Below are positions 51,807-60,966 of a stretch of 64,000 nt of DNA, one piece after another. The stretch is from a virus (taxonomy: Duplodnaviria; Heunggongvirae; Uroviricota; Caudoviricetes), in IMG/VR virus record IMGVR_UViG_3300035698_009402, positions 51,659 to 115,658 of that record. One strand, 5' to 3'. The notes under the pieces were generated by a model. That model saw only the letters and a program-made list of their open reading frames with translations, was not told the origin of the DNA and did no database searches. Positions within the stretch are counted from its first letter, which is position 1. Every line of letters starts with the position of its first letter. Made by a program: the position numbers and the translations under genes.

Positions 51807-52105
51807 TGACAATCGAACCTATTTCTCCAGAAGGGGCTAGACAAGCACATATTAAAAGCATCCCAGACGTAGTTATTGAAATAGTTAATAAGCTATTAAT
51901 TAAACAATCAATATCTGATACTATTTATATTAATCAAATAGATTTGGTTAGAAGTATTGTAAGCCACAGCGATATTACTGCAAATGAATTATTTGACAAT
52001 CATTGGTTGGACTTTGAAGATATTTATAAGGAAAAAAATTGGGAAGTAACTTACAGCAATGAAAATCGCTCTTCCGGTTGGAAATTTAGTAGGAAAAAAA
52101 CTTAA
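51806..52105 (+). CDS. hypothetical protein
   Basis: 99 aa; ATGA overlap; last CDS before the ORF-poor block. Confidence 0.4.
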   Translation: MTIEPISPEGARQAHIKSIPDVVIEIVNKLLIKQSISDTIYINQIDLVRSIVSHSDITANELFDNHWLDFEDIYKEKNWEVTYSNENRSSGWKFSRKKT

Positions 52106-52160
52106 CAATGATTATTGATCTGTATCAGTAAGGGAAACTCAAAATTTTTAAAATTTCATT

Positions 52161-52189
52161 TTGCTTAAAATGGTAAAATTTAGTAAAAT
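52161..52189 (+). promoter_or_regulatory. promoter P1 TTGCTT-N17-TAAAAT (first of three tandem promoters)
   Basis: Spacer AAAATGGTAAAATTTAG shares AAAATTTAGTAAAAT with the promoter at 56190. Confidence 0.45.
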
Positions 52190-52195
52190 ATAAAA

Positions 52196-52257
52196 ACTGA
52201 GAAAAACAAGGAAATCAAAACTTTCAAGGGAAATGACAAAAAAATAAAAATTCACAG
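52196..52257 (+). ncRNA. predicted short transcript T1 (~60 nt) from promoter P1
   Basis: Between the P1 -10 and the P2 -35; no ORF; A-rich with terminal CTGAG.../...TCACAG. Confidence 0.25.
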
Positions 52258-52286
52258 TTGCTTGAAGGTCAAAAATTTCTTATAAT
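52258..52286 (+). promoter_or_regulatory. promoter P2 TTGCTT-N17-TATAAT
   Basis: Full consensus 97 nt after P1. Confidence 0.5.
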
Positions 52287-52292
52287 ATAAAA

Positions 52293-52368
52293 ACAGTGAA
52301 CGGAAGAATGAAAAATAGCTTGAGGGCTTTTAGTAATCACCGAAAGACAAAAAACAAGAATTTCACTG
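52293..52368 (+). ncRNA. predicted short transcript T2 (~75 nt) from promoter P2
   Basis: Terminal 7-bp pairing CAGTGAA/TTCACTG; no ORF; ends at the P3 -35. Confidence 0.25.
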
Positions 52369-52397
52369 TTGCTTCAAACTATAAAATCTTATATAAT
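52369..52397 (+). promoter_or_regulatory. promoter P3 TTGCTT-N17-TATAAT heading the long GC-rich non-coding block
   Basis: Full consensus 111 nt after P2. Confidence 0.5.
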
Positions 52398-54378
52398 GTT
52401 TAAATGATGAGCAGAAACGAAAAACTACTCTGCGGAGAGTGAGTACCACCAAGTTCATAACGGCAAGATACTTAATATTATGCAAATAAATTAGATCAGT
52501 TGTCTGTGATATCAGATGGATGGAGCAAGTATCGGAATATCGGCGGGACCATGAGGGGCCAGGTGTTCAAAGAATTACTAAGTCTAGTGTTGTTAATACA
52601 GACTATAAAGGTTATGATTAACGTAGGTGAATGACGGGTTCGATTCCCGCCAACTAACGATGGTACAAACATCGCTAGTGCCGGAGCAAAAAACTGCAAA
52701 AATTCAAAAATGCGGCAGCATAAATCAGTGAAAAGGGCTAGAATAAGCCTGCGCTAGTACTTAGTAGCTGTTAAAGTGTTTACATGCAAGGTTAGCACTT
52801 TATTAAAAAAAGACGAACAATCGAACTTGTCTGCCTTTCTATAGAAGGTTATAAGTATCCTGCAATAAACGTAGCAGCAATCTTTATTATAAGCCTTTCT
52901 CCGACTAAGGGAAAGCGAATAAAAGTTTACCTCAGAGTCCGAAGAAACTGGGGCACAGATTACAAATGTTGAGCAGCAATTGCGCTCCATTTAAAGAGCG
53001 CGGGTAGGACAAGTTAGATAAGTCAGAAGTCTCATAAACTTCAGGAGTCAGGAGCAGAACCGGCACCCGCAACCAATTACGGAGAGGTAGTTTAAGAAAA
53101 AACATGCGTAAAAATCCAGTATCGAATCTGGTCTTTCCACCAAAATTGTATAGTAAAATTAATGGTAAAACTTTGACTTAATTGTTACGGTATGCTGCTT
53201 CAAGACCAGCCTATACGATGCTATAAAATATGCGTCAGGAATTAGTTTAAAGGAAGAATGCTCTGCCGTATTAGGAGAGATGATATATCGAAAATGTCAT
53301 TCCTGGCTGTATTAACAAATTAATAGTCGTTAGCGTAAACAGGCAAGAGGAAAGGTCTCGAAATCGGGCAAGATAGTATTTATATTATTTTCGGGTAAAG
53401 TAGGATCATACGCCCAAAGCTACACACAGTTGCAAATGTGACCTTTGTAGAACGGAATACTCCGGTTATTAATATTTTTATGTTAGGGTAGTTTAAAGGT
53501 AAAAACGTATTTATTGGGTCGGACCGATAAATAAAATGACAGTGCCATAGCTGTCCCCAAACACCAATTAACGCTTAGTAGCTTAATGAAAAGCTCTCTT
53601 AACAGAGAGATGATGGCTCACACCCATCCTTCGCGGCCAAATACTGTTATTGGTAGTTACAATTACCAGTAATGAAGCAAGGTGTAACCCTTGCGAGAGA
53701 TAGGTTGGCAGTTGAACCTCAACTAACTGCAAGGTAATACTGTTGCCTACTCAACAGTAGTTTTTAACTTTAACCAACTCGCCTTGGGAATAGCATCCCA
53801 CTTCTCACGAAGTGAGACAAGGTGGTAACATATATAAAATAAGCGGCGCACGCTTTATCAGTTAGACGTGTTTAATGTTCTGGAATACGCCGTTCTCCTT
53901 AAATAGTTATCCGTTTTCGTGTGGCCCGATAATCACACCACTAATTTTGCATTCTTTATCTGCAATAAAAATAAAGATAAGGCGTAGCATATCACGAAAG
54001 AACATCGAAGCTAGTTTTGTATGCGATACTAACTTCAAGAGTTTATGTTCATAGCACTAGGGGTGCATAGTATTCTCGCCCTAAGAATAGCGAACACCAG
54101 TTAGGTAAACAGGGACGCAATATATAGCGATTAGTTCTTAATGTTGGTTGAAAGAAAAAGCCTCTATCAACGCCTAAACCAATTAAAATTACTAGATTTA
54201 TCGGTCTAGTAAGAGTATGACTGAACAACAGATGTTAGAGTCTGTAAGGTATAATCGAGGTTAACTACCTGCCTAGTAAGTAAACGATTAGTTTGAGCGA
54301 AATGACAGAAAATATCTAATAGCTCGATAAAAGTGAAACCAAATCTTTTTATTCACCCCCATTTAACAAGGTTAAAAA

Positions 54379-54621
54379 ATGAAATATATTATTGTATTAC
54401 TACTTTTATTAGGATTATCGGCATGTAAAGATAAAGCTATTCCTATATATTCAGTAAGTGAAATAGTTTTTACTGTTTTAGATAATAATAAAGCACAAAT
54501 ACAACGTATTTTTTGTAAAAGCGATTATTGTCATTATACTGTTAGAATAATAACTAAAGACAAGTATAACAATGTAACATATAAAATGTTAACATTTTAT
54601 GAACATGAATTAAAAAATTAA
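54379..54621 (+). CDS. small lipoprotein-like ORF inside the non-coding block
   Basis: MKYIIVLLLLLGLSACKD lipobox; AT-rich island within the GC-rich block. Confidence 0.35.
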   Translation: MKYIIVLLLLLGLSACKDKAIPIYSVSEIVFTVLDNNKAQIQRIFCKSDYCHYTVRIITKDKYNNVTYKMLTFYEHELKN

Positions 54622-55095
54622 AAAAAGAAATGGCGCGTGTGCCAGAAGATTATGGTGACATAATTCAAAGGGATAAGTCCTTCCCGTGTTACTGCAAAGT
54701 AGCATAAAGCACGCAAGTCCCAATTTGTCGATGAACCAATCATCGAAGTATCGGTTAAAACGGTACTAGGGGCAGACAGTTAAGTAGATAGTTCTTTGGT
54801 AAGAATGTGGTGTAGGTAATACTGGCATCTAATAGGAGGTGGAACTCCGGCTAACAATCCAACTTAACAAAAGCTGACTTAATAAGGGATAGATACGGCG
54901 ACAGTCCTTGATTGTCTCAATAATGTGCGAGTGATAATAAACGAGTGCGAGTATCAATATTAGAGGTATACGTTAGAAGCGCAATCTTAAAATATAGTTG
55001 AGTAGGTGGATAACTGAAAAGCATGAGGTGTGTAGTATTTTGTACCTAACAAGGTATGAAGCGACAGAGGTAGCACATCTTTCGGCACATAACCC

Positions 55096-55171
55096 TTGCG
55101 GGTAGGCTAACGGTATAGCCATTTGTCTTTGAAACAAACGTATGCGGGTTCGATCCCCGTTTCGCAAACCA
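55096..55171 (+). tRNA. tRNA-Gln (anticodon UUG), U1; isolated inside the ORF-poor block
   Basis: Acceptor TTGCGGG/TTCGCAA + A + CCA; D-arm GGCT/AGCC; perfect anticodon arm TTTGT-CTTTGAA-ACAAA; T-arm GCGGG-TTCGATC-CCCGT. Confidence 0.65.
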
Positions 55172-55501
55172 TAAAAAACGCAAAGACTACCTCGATAAAT
55201 AACGAAAGTGCTTTAATGCAACACCGTAAGGAATGTTGTCGCTCAAAGATCGCAAGTTGGAGAGTGTTATTAGTACGAAAATCATAAGAGTTAGCGACTC
55301 CTAACAGCTGTAAAAGGTTGATGAAAATAGGACTAATGAGTAGTTATTTATGACAGTGCGCAAGCGATGCACTTTAAAAAACGAAAGCATAGAAGATAGA
55401 TAGTCAGCGGAAGCGGTTATCTGGATAAGCAAGGAACCTCGTAAGGGATAATCTTGTTAAGACTTCTACTAAAAGGTATAATCTCAGCCTTTATTAAAAG
55501 A

Positions 55502-55528
55502 CCTTCTGATTCGTCGGAGGGTTTTTTT
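55502..55528 (+). terminator. rho-independent terminator closing the GC-rich non-coding block
   Basis: Stem CCTTC/GGAGG, 9-nt loop, then GTTTTTTT; CDS at 55542 follows. Confidence 0.5.
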
Positions 55529-55541
55529 GTACCTAAAATAA

Positions 55542-55799
55542 ATGAAGGAGAAAAATATAATGAATTTTGCAGAAGCAACACTAACAGCTATTAGAAATAT
55601 GTTTAAAAGCAAATCATCTTTGAATAAAATAATGTTATGGTTTTTTGGCGGAAGTATTCTTACATTATTAATAGCAATACCTATATGCATAATAGAAATA
55701 AGTATATTCCCAATGTTATTTTTACTAGCAGCTTTTTTCGTAGTAAGTATGTTTTCACTAGTGGTTTTTTTAATGTTAGAAATAAAGGAACTACTATAA
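55542..55799 (+). CDS. membrane protein
   Basis: 85 aa, two TM helices; first CDS after terminator 55502-55528; GGAG RBS. Confidence 0.4.
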   Translation: MKEKNIMNFAEATLTAIRNMFKSKSSLNKIMLWFFGGSILTLLIAIPICIIEISIFPMLFLLAAFFVVSMFSLVVFLMLEIKELL

Positions 55800-55997
55800 A
55801 TGCTAGATAAATGGACTTATAATGATAATGTATGGGAAGACACTTACTACTCTAAAACAGTAAAAGGTTGGTTAATTCATATTAATAGTATTACCAGTAG
55901 TAGAAAAGGTTGTTTATTGCCTCTAGAAAACGGTATGACTTACTACGATAACGGTGTAATAGAATTGACACCTTTATACCATGAACATTTTGTATAG
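55800..55997 (+). CDS. hypothetical protein
   Basis: 65 aa; ATG abuts the upstream stop. Confidence 0.35.
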   Translation: MLDKWTYNDNVWEDTYYSKTVKGWLIHINSITSSRKGCLLPLENGMTYYDNGVIELTPLYHEHFV

Positions 55998-56189
55998 GAG
56001 AGATTAATTGCATATCAGCATGGACGGAAAAATAATATATTTAACACTTAAATATTTAGATGAGGAAGTATTGCTAGAAATGAATATAGACGATGTTTCT
56101 GTAAAAGAAAAGAGAATAGCATACTTATTAGCTGAGAGATTAGAGTCAAAATTTAACCAGCCATAACTCAAATTTATATTTATTCATCA

Positions 56190-56218
56190 TTGCTCGAAAC
56201 TATAAAATTTAGTAAAAT
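56190..56218 (+). promoter_or_regulatory. promoter TTGCTC-N17-TAAAAT
   Basis: Upstream of the CDS at 56246. Confidence 0.4.
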
Positions 56219-56245
56219 AATACAAATGACATAAGGAAATTGAAA

Positions 56246-56680
56246 ATGTTAAAAAATGTGGAATTTACAGATTACACTAAAAGAATAGAGTATACCAGTA
56301 ATTTCTGGAGTGAGTCAGTGCGAAAATATGTGGACACAATGTATGATTCGGTTTATAGCGTATTCGAAGGTGTTTATGTATCTGATAATTTAAATCTTAA
56401 CCACAGCATAGAACAAGAGTTAGATAATTCTACCGAAGCCTATAGCGTTGCAGATGATATTGACCAGATTCTAAAATACCACAAAGACTTAATAGATAGT
56501 GATCGTAAGTTTGTGTTACTTTGCGTTATTATCTTTAAAGAACATCAAAGTCCTACAGGTGATTGGCGATGGCATAAATGGGGTGAATATATCGGCACTC
56601 AAGAACCTACTTCAGAGTATCTGTATGATGAACCTGACATTGATCACGTATATATTTATGAATTTATAGAGATTAAATAA
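56246..56680 (+). CDS. hypothetical acidic protein
   Basis: ATG 56246 with an AAGGAAA RBS; promoter TTGCTC-N17-TAAAAT at 56190. Confidence 0.45.
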   Translation: MLKNVEFTDYTKRIEYTSNFWSESVRKYVDTMYDSVYSVFEGVYVSDNLNLNHSIEQELDNSTEAYSVADDIDQILKYHKDLIDSDRKFVLLCVIIFKEHQSPTGDWRWHKWGEYIGTQEPTSEYLYDEPDIDHVYIYEFIEIK

Positions 56681-56883
56681 TGCTATATAATAAAAATCTA
56701 GCTTTAGTAGGTTATGATACTGCTTCATTACCTTTTAATTATAGATTAACAGATTTAGGCCCAGATTATGAATTAGGTAGATTTGGGAAGTTAGAATATA
56801 ATATTGATCGTGATAATTTAGGAAATTATATAGTTACAAGAAAATTAGGAATGGTTTTGGAGTCGTTACGTTATGCTGAGTAA
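56680..56883 (+). CDS. hypothetical protein
   Basis: 67 aa; ATAATG overlap. Confidence 0.4.
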   Translation: MLYNKNLALVGYDTASLPFNYRLTDLGPDYELGRFGKLEYNIDRDNLGNYIVTRKLGMVLESLRYAE

Positions 56884-57181
56884 AATACTAAATAAACTAT
56901 TCAATAAACAAGAAGATACTTATGTAGAACCTCATTATTTTAAGTATTTAAGTGCTTCTGTTAGAGCTTTCTTAATGGATTCACAAGATGTTAACAAATA
57001 CTATGTCGATGATTATTACTGGATTCATACTAGAACAAGCTTAGGCGTATGGATACATGGAGAATTATCTGAAAATATCTCTCTACATTCTAATAAAGGC
57101 GTAGAATTAATTATTACAGAAGCAGACAAAGAGTGTTTAATATATTACTATGAAACATATAAAGAAGCGATAAAGTGTTAG
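56873..57181 (+). CDS. hypothetical protein
   Basis: 102 aa ORF. Confidence 0.4.
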   Translation: MLSKILNKLFNKQEDTYVEPHYFKYLSASVRAFLMDSQDVNKYYVDDYYWIHTRTSLGVWIHGELSENISLHSNKGVELIITEADKECLIYYYETYKEAIKC

Positions 57182-57292
57182 AAGTAGACGATGAATGGTA
57201 TATAGTAATGTATGCAGAAGATTTAGTTAGTCAGAAATTCAGCACTAAGCATCAAGCAATGAATTTCTATAAAGAAAAAGTAAAAGAAGGGT

Positions 57293-57490
57293 TTGAAAAT
57301 GTTAAAATCTACTATAATGCAGAAATTAGTATCCAAGTGGTGTAGTATCCCTAAAACTAATTGGGATATTGTTACATTTTTAGGAATATTTAGTGTTCTA
57401 ACTGTTATTCTTTTGCCTATTACTTGGCTTACTTTGTTTTGTTGGGCATTATCTGTATTGCTAGGCGTATTTATTATGAAAGTACTTTAA
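57293..57490 (+). CDS. small membrane protein
   Basis: 65 aa, two TM helices. Confidence 0.35.
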   Translation: MKMLKSTIMQKLVSKWCSIPKTNWDIVTFLGIFSVLTVILLPITWLTLFCWALSVLLGVFIMKVL

Positions 57491-57723
57491 TGACTTTAAA
57501 TGAATATGTTAAAAAATATAAATTAAAAGTTGATGTATATCAATGGGTTTGTTGTATAACAAATTGGGATAACTTAATAAGATGCAAGAATTTTTATAGT
57601 AAACAATATGGTCGAAAACAGTATATAGATGCTATCTGGGTTATAAGACAAGAAGAGCAAGAAGATAGAAATAAACAAAGATTAGAAAGTTTTAATGCTA
57701 AAGTGAGGTTATATAGTCAATGA
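57424..57723 (+). CDS. hypothetical protein
   Basis: 99 aa ORF overlapping the previous one in another frame. Confidence 0.35.
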   Translation: MAYFVLLGIICIARRIYYESTLMTLNEYVKKYKLKVDVYQWVCCITNWDNLIRCKNFYSKQYGRKQYIDAIWVIRQEEQEDRNKQRLESFNAKVRLYSQ

Positions 57724-57974
57724 TTTTAAATGAATATCTAGAAAAAAGCAATGAACACCTTAATTATGGTAGCATTCTAAAAGATAGCTGGTGGAATAAA
57801 GGGCTGTGCGTATATACTAATACTGCAGATTTAATTATCCACGAAAAAACCTTAGAAGTTTTACAGATTATCACTGATGAGGATGATAATTACGTGAAAG
57901 ATGAATATGTAGATAAATATAAAAAAACATATCCAAATGTTAAAGTATTTAAAATGAGTAAATATGACTTATAG
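57720..57974 (+). CDS. hypothetical protein
   Basis: 84 aa; ATGA overlap. Confidence 0.4.
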   Translation: MILNEYLEKSNEHLNYGSILKDSWWNKGLCVYTNTADLIIHEKTLEVLQIITDEDDNYVKDEYVDKYKKTYPNVKVFKMSKYDL

Positions 57975-58218
57975 GGAATACTTAAGTTTAATAGATAATA
58001 GTAAACTAAAAGATTTTGATAAAGTTAGAAACAGTATTAATATGGATTTTAGTTACCGCCGTATTAATAAAAAAAATAGTATAGAATTTCATCAAAAATT
58101 AAATGATAGATTTATTACTGAGACACATGCTTGTTTAGATACATATTATAGAGATACTAGAAAGCATAGTTGGATTAATATTATTACGGAGAGTTTTAAA
58201 AGTGCAAGCAATTATTAA
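57964..58218 (+). CDS. hypothetical protein
   Basis: 84 aa ORF. Confidence 0.4.
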   Translation: MTYREYLSLIDNSKLKDFDKVRNSINMDFSYRRINKKNSIEFHQKLNDRFITETHACLDTYYRDTRKHSWINIITESFKSASNY

Positions 58219-58384
58219 TAATTTAAAGTATTTAAATAACGAGAATCTTCGAGGTCTTAGGCTTACTAGAAGTTATTTTATGGATAAAGATGATCCTATT
58301 AGCATAGGACATATAGAAGATCTTAATAACAGAATTAAGGAATTAGAAGAATTAAACGATAGTTTAATAGGAGTAGTACATTGA
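58202..58384 (+). CDS. hypothetical protein
   Basis: 60 aa ORF. Confidence 0.35.
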   Translation: MQAIINNLKYLNNENLRGLRLTRSYFMDKDDPISIGHIEDLNNRIKELEELNDSLIGVVH

Positions 58385-58661
58385 ATGATCGGTACTTAAT
58401 TATTTTAATACTTATAGTATTCTCCCCTTTAATTCTTGCTATTGCTCTTAACGAAAATACTTCGGAAATAATTAGACAATGTGAGACTACTTTTAAATCG
58501 TCTGAAGATATTTTAGAATGTATTGAGGTGTCCGTTGAAGAAAATAACAAATGAGATAACAGAACTTAGACAAAATATTACTTTAGCAGCCACAGAAGAA
58601 GAGAAGATTAAGGCTACTAAAGAGTGGTTAAACTTTTTAGCAAAATGGTATAGGGAAAATT

Positions 58662-58868
58662 ATGATTAACGATAATGCGCTATGGGCAATTTTTTGGGTA
58701 TGTTTATTTACTGCATTGACAGCTAGAGCGATATTTGTATCAGAACCTCCACATCAAGTTAGTGTGGAAAGTTCTATTATTAAAAGATGTAGCATAGCTT
58801 TTGCAGATAGAGAAGATGTTTTCAAATGTATAGATAAATTTGTAGAAAGGAAAACACTAGATGATTAA
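58662..58868 (+). CDS. small membrane protein
   Basis: 68 aa with an N-terminal TM helix. Confidence 0.35.
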   Translation: MINDNALWAIFWVCLFTALTARAIFVSEPPHQVSVESSIIKRCSIAFADREDVFKCIDKFVERKTLDD

Positions 58869-59304
58869 AGAAGTAATCGCAGCTATGATGTTACATTTAA
58901 GTCTAGACTATGCTAATATTTCTTATGTAGATGAACAGTCTATGTGTAGGCAGTTTACTAACCCAGATAAAATTAGTTACGAAGATTGCGATAAAACAGA
59001 AGAAGAAAGAGGTTGGGGGATATCTGGATTAACTATAGGTCAAAATATTTGGTTGGATAAAGATATAGATTATACTAAATTAGTTAATCAAAGCGTAATT
59101 TATCACGAGTTAGTTCACGTAAAACAATCAGAAGAGTCTACAATATTTCCTTGTGGAGGGTATAGAGAAAAAGATGCTTATACCCGACAATACAAATGGC
59201 TAAAAGAGCAAGGCTATGAGGGAACTTTTGAAAATATGCTTAATGAATTAGGATTGAATATGTTAATGTATATATTTAACACAGAATGCGGAATGGGAAT
59301 GTAA
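58861..59304 (+). CDS. HExxH zinc-metallopeptidase-like small protein
   Basis: VIYHELVHVKQ motif (third HExxH protein in the window). Confidence 0.45.
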   Translation: MIKEVIAAMMLHLSLDYANISYVDEQSMCRQFTNPDKISYEDCDKTEEERGWGISGLTIGQNIWLDKDIDYTKLVNQSVIYHELVHVKQSEESTIFPCGGYREKDAYTRQYKWLKEQGYEGTFENMLNELGLNMLMYIFNTECGMGM

Positions 59305-59368
59305 TATGGTACAAGAAGTTCTTATGATGTTAGATCAGAACAGTTACTTTGTGTAGATAGGTTTAAAA

Positions 59369-60244
59369 ATGAAAAAAGAGATTGATAAGTTAAATATTTT
59401 ATCTAGTAAGTTTATTTTTTGGGATACAGATCATACAGGTTTTTACTATAAAGGACCTGAAGGTGTTTATTATTACAATAAAGAGCATAATTTTAAAGCT
59501 AAACTTCATTACGGAGATAGAGTTGAATTTTACTACGATATTTTAGTTGCTGCCAGATATGTCTATAAGTTAAACACTAATTTTGAATATAAGGAACTAG
59601 AAGAGAAACTAATTACAATAGCAAAAACTAAGACATCTTCATATAAGTTTGGAAAAGATATTGTAGCAGATACTATAGTAGAAGAAAATACTGGTATTAA
59701 GGAAAATACTGGTATTAAGGAAAATACAGTATATATAATAAATAAAAGAGATTTATACTACGATATTTGGACAATATACCCTACTATATTTATGTATATA
59801 CGTGATAATATCTACTATTACTTACAAGGAGAAAATTTTGTAAGAAAAAATAGAGATATTAGAGAAATTGATTCTGCGTATATGGATCAGGAGCATATAG
59901 AGTATCCTTATAATAAGTACGATACTTTATTTGAAAAGTTTGTAAAATTAGATGTTCAAATAATTCCTAAGTATTGTTTGGTTAACAACGTAACTCAAGA
60001 GGAATATGATGAAAAAGTAGATTGTTTTACATATTCTTTCGATTCTATTACATACTGTAGTGATCAAGATATTCCAACAGAAAATTTAAAAAATGTAAAT
60101 ATAAAATATGTAAATATAAAATATGGTACTGCGCAGGATATTACTTTATTTGACGTTAAAAGAGTGAATAAAGAATCTACTACAAGACGAAAAATAGTAG
60201 AGTTAAATAGCATAATTCTCAGTACCATAAAGGAGATTAAATGA
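59369..60244 (+). CDS. hypothetical protein with short in-frame tandem repeats
   Basis: 291 aa; ENTGIK x2.5 (18-bp tandem repeat at ~59683-59730) and NVNIKY x2 (~60093-60128). Confidence 0.5.
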   Translation: MKKEIDKLNILSSKFIFWDTDHTGFYYKGPEGVYYYNKEHNFKAKLHYGDRVEFYYDILVAARYVYKLNTNFEYKELEEKLITIAKTKTSSYKFGKDIVADTIVEENTGIKENTGIKENTVYIINKRDLYYDIWTIYPTIFMYIRDNIYYYLQGENFVRKNRDIREIDSAYMDQEHIEYPYNKYDTLFEKFVKLDVQIIPKYCLVNNVTQEEYDEKVDCFTYSFDSITYCSDQDIPTENLKNVNIKYVNIKYGTAQDITLFDVKRVNKESTTRRKIVELNSIILSTIKEIK

Positions 60245-60588
60245 ATAATTACACGCAACAAATGGAAAAAGATTTAGTAGATAGATATGCTAACAAAACA
60301 GAAGAGTTGACAAACAATGCTTTTATAGATAACCTACTGAGGGAAAAAGATTTTCAACACTTATCTATTAAAAGTATACGAAGTAAATTAGTCAGCTTAA
60401 AAATATATAAGGCGGAAGATAAAAGATCTTCCCGAGCTGACTTAGATAAGAAAACATTAATATCTAGAGTTACTGAGTTAGTAGATGGTGATCCCGATAT
60501 TATGGATGGGTTAAAAAACGCGAGTAAACCAAGTATTAAGAGTATTTTAGATTATTTAGAAAGAAATATTAACAATGACAATTTATAA
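60241..60588 (+). CDS. hypothetical protein
   Basis: 115 aa; ATGA overlap. Confidence 0.45.
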   Translation: MNNYTQQMEKDLVDRYANKTEELTNNAFIDNLLREKDFQHLSIKSIRSKLVSLKIYKAEDKRSSRADLDKKTLISRVTELVDGDPDIMDGLKNASKPSIKSILDYLERNINNDNL

Positions 60589-60717
60589 AAATGGACAATA
60601 TACTGAAATTTAACTTTTTTAGTATATAAGAACAAGGTAGTAAGATATTTATGGCAAGAAAAATGCTTTATACTAGCCGATGAGTCGGTAAATTTATTTG
60701 GTTTTCGTAGAGAAATA

Positions 60718-60966
60718 ATGTCTGAAGATTACAAGACAGCCTTAGCATACTTTATTAAGTCAGACGAAGCATCTATGGATACTAGACAAGCCTTTCTAAA
60801 ATTATCCAATAAAGAATACGAGACAAGAGTAAAAGTACAGATGATTGAGATAGGTAAACATTTTTGGTATTCTAACACGGTTACAAAAAGAAGAAGTATT
60901 GATTCTAAAAATATAGAAGTTGTTGATACTGAAAGGAAACAAATTGTTAACACAAACGCAGTTTGA
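60718..60966 (+). CDS. hypothetical protein
   Basis: 82 aa ORF. Confidence 0.4.
   Translation: MSEDYKTALAYFIKSDEASMDTRQAFLKLSNKEYETRVKVQMIEIGKHFWYSNTVTKRRSIDSKNIEVVDTERKQIVNTNAV

Larger units (their letters stand above)
52404..55495 (+). other. 3.1-kb ORF-poor, GC-elevated (~40-45%) non-coding block: candidate large structured ncRNA(s); contains tRNA-Gln 55096-55171 and a small lipoprotein ORF
   Basis: Only four >=60-aa ORFs in the track across 3.4 kb (two minus, one each strand) in an otherwise >90% coding genome; stops in all frames; GC-rich like the tRNA and tmRNA islands; preceded by promoter P3 and closed by a terminator at 55502. Confidence 0.45.

Noticed and set aside
52590-52660. 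tRNA-like T-arm ACGGG-TTCGATT-CCCG inside the non-coding block.
   Set aside because: No pairing acceptor stem or CCA, and no D or anticodon arm could be folded. It is mentioned in the findings as part of the structured region rather than called as a tRNA.
53340-53380. GAGGAAAGGUC motif resembling the RNase P RNA P4 5' strand (GAGGAAAGUCCGGGC).
   Set aside because: The CCGGGC continuation and the complementary ACAGAACCCGGC partner strand are absent. Other universal RNase P elements were not found by eye.
59683-60128. 18-bp tandem repeats (GAAAATACTGGTATTAAG x2.5; GTAAATATAAAATAT x2) inside the CDS at 59369-60244.
   Set aside because: These are in-frame coding micro-duplications (ENTGIK, NVNIKY) of only 2-3 units. 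They are not a CRISPR array or a satellite.
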